A DNA stretch of 55,313 bases, the filler included, from Squatina squatina (taxonomy: Eukaryota), in assembly GCA_031763465.1 (NCBI GenBank). It is 2 parts of 2 records of this genome, joined end to end, with 100 filler letters (N's around TTAATTAATTAA, not from the genome) between each part and the next. Parts side by side here need not be neighbours in the genome. Positions count along the whole stretch, not along the records: positions 28,392 to 55,313 come from JARFOE010000013.1; 1 more part is not named here. The stretch is one strand, 5' to 3'. The position numbers were made by a program, and so were the translations under genes. Positions 51,071 to 55,313 of the stretch are shown piece after piece. Within the stretch, counting starts at the first letter, position 1; each line of letters starts with the position of its first letter. The notes under the pieces were generated by a model, which had not been told where the DNA came from, made no database searches, and saw only the letters and a program-made list of their open reading frames with translations.

Positions 51071-52467
51071 NNNNNNNNNNNNNNNNNNNNNNNNNNNNNN
51101 NNNNNNNNNNNNNNNNNNNNNNNNNNNNNNNNNNNNNNNNNNNNNNNNNNNNNNNNNNNNNNNNNNNNNNNNNNNNNNNNNNNNNNNNNNNNNNNNNNNN
51201 NNNNNNNNNNNNNNNNNNNNNNNNNNNNNNNNNNNNNNNNNNNNNNNNNNNNNNNNNNNNNNNNNNNNNNNNNNNNNNNNNNNNNNNNNNNNNNNNNNNN
51301 NNNNNNNNNNNNNNNNNNNNNNNNNNNNNNNNNNNNNNNNNNNNNNNNNNNNNNNNNNNNNNNNNNNNNNNNNNNNNNNNNNNNNNNNNNNNNNNNNNNN
51401 NNNNNNNNNNNNNNNNNNNNNNNNNNNNNNNNNNNNNNNNNNNNNNNNNNNNNNNNNNNNNNNNNNNNNNNNNNNNNNNNNNNNNNNNNNNNNNNNNNNN
51501 NNNNNNNNNNNNNNNNNNNNNNNNNNNNNNNNNNNNNNNNNNNNNNNNNNNNNNNNNNNNTTATTTTTTGTGTGTCCAAAGGAAGTCACGTGTCAGATCA
51601 CGCAGCTTTGACAACAAAAGGAATTCACGTACTAATACACTGTAGTAACCTGACCTGTCAAAACTTGAAAACTACTTTGACTCTGAATTATTGCACCTCT
51701 TTGGTAGTCCAAGGCCTAAGCAGGTTTATAGCTGACGTAAGACCTTGACTTGCAGGACATGCTCCAATTTCAGCAGTATCAATTATGCATTTTTGCTGAA
51801 AAGCTTAAATGCCTTGAATCTATGTTAATTATTAACAACATATTTTAGCATCCTGAAGGTGGCATTAGTCTGTAATTGCTGAAACGATTCAATACATCTC
51901 CCAGTTATCTTGCATTGCTTTGGCCATAATGTGGAAAAGTGAATTAAATGTTATTTCAGATATTTTGCTTCATAATACAACAAACTAAGGAAGGCTTTTC
52001 AGTTCTGTGGATTTTGCCAATGCTGCTTAATAATATTTCATATTAAAAATTTACAGGCCACTCTTTTCACAGATAAGAAAATGAGTGCGTATTTTGAAGC
52101 TGTCAGGGAATTTCGTGCTCGAAGGGCACAAGCACATTTTAATAATACACTAAAGTCTTCAGGAAGCTTTTAATCATCTCACTAAGAGACCCCTGAGAGT
52201 TACCAAATGTATGAAACTAGGTTTACGCTCTATTACATATAACTTGCATTGCAGTTTTTTTTGTTTAGTTTTATTAAATTAACTTTGAATTCGCTGTGCA
52301 ACTTTCCACTCACTTTTATCCCTATCTAGCACATTGATGAATGATCCGTTGTTTTTATAACACAGAACAGTAGACCATAGAGCCAGCCAGTAGTTGATGT
52401 GTTGTGTTAATGTGTTGGAGCTCTGACGTTCTTGAGTCACAAAAACACGGCCATCGTTCTTCACACA

Positions 52468-53047
52468 TTAGCCAAGAAATTCTACCTGTGCCCAAAACTC
52501 CGCTTTAGGCCTCGTTCAAACACCGCTGCCAAACTGCGGGTGACAGACGGGCCTTCCGCTATAGCTTGTTACTCGAGGAAGGTGGGAATTTGGCAGGCTC
52601 TTACGTTGAGCCGGTCAGCAGGTCAGGCCTGGGCGGGTTGGTGATTCCTGAGGCGGAGCGCTAAATGCCCTAGCAATGGGCCAGAGCATTTTTGTGGGCC
52701 CAAGGGGAGCCCTTCTGCTGAAACTGAAAATATCCTGGGACTCTTTTTGAGTGGCCTCCTTTAGGATTTGCTGATTAGACTGCTCAACGTTTGATACATC
52801 TGGGTGGAGATATGTGGCACAAGTTCCACCCATTTATAACTTGAATTTCACATCCGATTTGAATATTTAAGGACCCTAACGCCTGTTTCAGGTCGGTGCC
52901 CAGGACAACTAAAAGTCACCCGAGCCAATATGGCGTCCGGTGCACTTCTGGCACAGTTTGGTGCAGCAGATCACAACGCAAAAATGGGAGGTCTGACACC
53001 AACGTTACATTGGAAAAACAGGTAGCCATGAGCTGAATTTCTCCCCC
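52468..53047. mobile_element. Probable non-autonomous TIR element
   Basis: GC-rich block bounded by GCCAAGAAATTC and GAATTTCTCCCCC (shared AGAAATTC/GAATTTCT inverted core). Confidence 0.5.
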
Positions 53048-53411
53048 ACTGAATTCCTAATTTTAGGTGTACAATCAGTGGAATCACAGGTCAAATGTCA
53101 GGTCCTTCCCCACAGGGAAAGGTGGCAGCTCAAAGGGAGAGCCACTCCATCGTCGCCCACCTCCAGGGAGCCAGTTAAAAACTAGCATTGGTAGAAGCTT
53201 AGGGGCATGATTGCCCTTCTTGACAGGATGCAGTTGCACAGGGAAAATTTAAGGAGAGCAAGAAGAAGAAAAAAAAAATTACAAGAGCAAAGTATGGGCT
53301 AGATTATAACAACCAACTCCATGTCCACTCTTTACAACAATAGAGGGATATGGTCTTGCTTTTTATACTTTACAATGACCACAGTAGCATCATCAACATA
53401 ACAACAACAAA

Positions 53412-53605
53412 TAAGAACAGAAAATGCTGGAAATACTCAGCAGGTCAGGAAGCATCTGTAGAGAAACAGAGTTAATATTTCAGCTCGATGATCTTCCTTC
53501 AGAAGTGGAAAAAGTAGAAGTAGATATATAACAGATTTTAAGCAAGTACAGAGGCAGGGAAAGGGAGGAAAGAAAACCCCCCCAGAAGGTCTGTAATAGG
53601 GCGGC
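53412..53605 (-). mobile_element. Penelope-type terminal fragment with hammerhead-ribozyme relic at 53470-53506
   Basis: Minus strand ACTT-CTGAAGG-AAGATCATCGAGCT-GAAATATT-AACT within the repeat family present four times in the window. Confidence 0.65.
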
Positions 53606-53819
53606 ACACACAAGGCAGTCACTAAGGGAATGCACAAGGATATTTAGTTAATTTCTTGATGTCATGTTGGATGGATGCATGTATAAAGTTGAATTGGAAA
53701 GTTTACTTTGTGGTGGCTTTTATTTCAGCATTGTGGCTAAAAGGACATTGTGATGGTCAGTGACAGAGGGAAGGTAAGGTGTGGGACTAATGTCGAAAGA
53801 GGAATTGGGGTTGTGGTCA

Positions 53820-54075
53820 CTGTTATCGCAGGCAGGCGATTCCACCCCAGATATCCGGGTCAGAAAGGGACTCGCTGGGTTGAATCCTTTCTTCCGCTTC
53901 CTCCTCTTCTGCGTCTTCCTCTTCCCTCTGCGAACTGGTGCTGGAAATCTGAAATAAAAAGCAGAAAATGCTGGAGCTGCTCAGCAGGTCAGGCAGCATC
54001 TTGACCTGAAACGTTAACTCTGTTTCTCTCTCCACAGATGCTGCCTGACCTGCTGAGTATTTCCAGCATTTTGTA
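53820..54075. mobile_element. Penelope-type element with inverted repeat (arms 53965-54000 and 54037-54072)
   Basis: 36-nt arms with 3 mismatches around a 36-nt loop containing GACCTGAAACGTTAACT. Confidence 0.75.
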
Positions 54076-54522
54076 TCATCTCAGAGACCTTCTTTTACTA
54101 ACCGAAGCATTACAAGCATCCAGCAGCACTCCCTGCTCTCTTTAAAAACTTTTAACGTCTGTTGCACCAAGCCACTACTTCAATAAAATATTTAAAAAAC
54201 AGTCCAAAAGCTTAAATCCAATCTTACCTGAAAGATGTGTGTCCCTTTAAGAAGCGCTGACAGCGTCTCTGTAGGTCTGGTTCACGCATGCTTTTCTGTG
54301 CGTGCTTAGGACCCGGTGATAAACTCAGCGCAAAGTTCAAAGTTTGTAGACGTGGCACGATATCACGTTCTGCTGATTTAGATTTGTAGGGCCAGCACTG
54401 CCAACGGCTGTGCTATGGTCCTNNNNNNNNNNNNNNNNNNNNNNNNNNNNNNNNNNNNNNNNNNNNNNNNNNNNNNNNNNNNNNNNNNNNNNNNNNNNNN
54501 NNNNNNNNNNNNNNNNNNNNNN

Positions 54523-54692
54523 TCCTCAACATTCCACTGTTTTGGACTTTACAACGATCCTTCCGATATCAATTTTGAACATGTACATCAAAATGCCATT
54601 AGAAAATGCTTACAAACACCTCCTGAAACCTGGGCTGCACTCAGCTTCAAATCGAAGCCAGTGTGTAAAGACTCCCTAGTGGTTGGCTGAAG
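54523..54692 (+). CDS. Candidate exon, gene unassigned; stop codon just before the donor
   Basis: Frame SSTFHCFGLYNDPSDINFEHVHQNAIRKCLQTPPETWAALSFKSKPVCKDSLVVG* open from the gap edge; AAG|GTAACT donor 2 nt after TGA. Confidence 0.35.
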
Positions 54693-55313
54693 GTAACTTT
54701 CGATTACTCATTCTAAAGCATTTGGTTATGGAAAGGTACCTTGGGAAAAGAACGGAATCTGAGAAACTCTGCACCAATTTCTTCAAACTCACTGCTCTAT
54801 TTTGAAAATAATAGCCAATTCTCTTACACTTTTCTTAATAAAGTAAATAAATTGTTCTACATTTTTCAAAATTACATGATTTTTTTCTGAATTCAACTTA
54901 TTTAATCCAATGAATGCTATTTGTTACATTTAGCTCTACTGGAGATGGGAAATTACTTTACAGGTTAATATTCATACATGATTCTGAAATATTACTGAGC
55001 TGTGCATCAGTGTCAGCCAGGAAATATATGTAACATAAAATTCTGTGAGTCGATTCTATTGTCACCCACAGTCCTAATTTTATATACTTGGGCATAATAC
55101 TTTCCATTCAGTCCCTTTATAGCAAGAACAGTTGCAGAGTACACGCCGGGTACCTCATTTCAAAAAGGAAAATCATTTCACCTTATCAATACTATTTAGA
55201 CTGAGCGTCTAGGGGCGTCAATTGAGATTCTTTAAACATGCTCTGTCTTTGAAGGGTCTCCAAGTGATGATCACCCTTATTATAGCAAATAACTGCTGGG
55301 TTAGCCTTGTTTT

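Overview
Fragmentary vertebrate nuclear DNA, most likely a cartilaginous fish (shark). The taxon is inferred from HE1-type and SacSINE1/Deu-type SINEs, abundant CR1/L2 LINE fragments and Penelope-type palindromes. The window is a draft scaffold of short contigs joined mostly by 100-N spacers; one spacer contains an artificial six-frame-stop linker (TTAATTAATTAA). Recognisable exons are GLRX3 (two, + strand), RRAS2 (one, - strand) and POU6F2 (three, - strand, including the homeodomain terminal exon). There are also several unassigned exon-like segments, a CpG-rich first-exon region and a decayed PIF/Harbinger transposase with related non-autonomous TIR elements. Most ORFs in the supplied track are artefacts of N runs. 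I see no prokaryotic, CRISPR or clearly novel system. The most notable items are an RRAS2 exon 0.9 kb past the POU6F2 stop codon on one gap-free contig, minimal hammerhead-ribozyme relics in Penelope-type repeats, and orphan terminal exons. Gene and repeat names come from recalled sequences, not from searches, and repeat boundaries are approximate.
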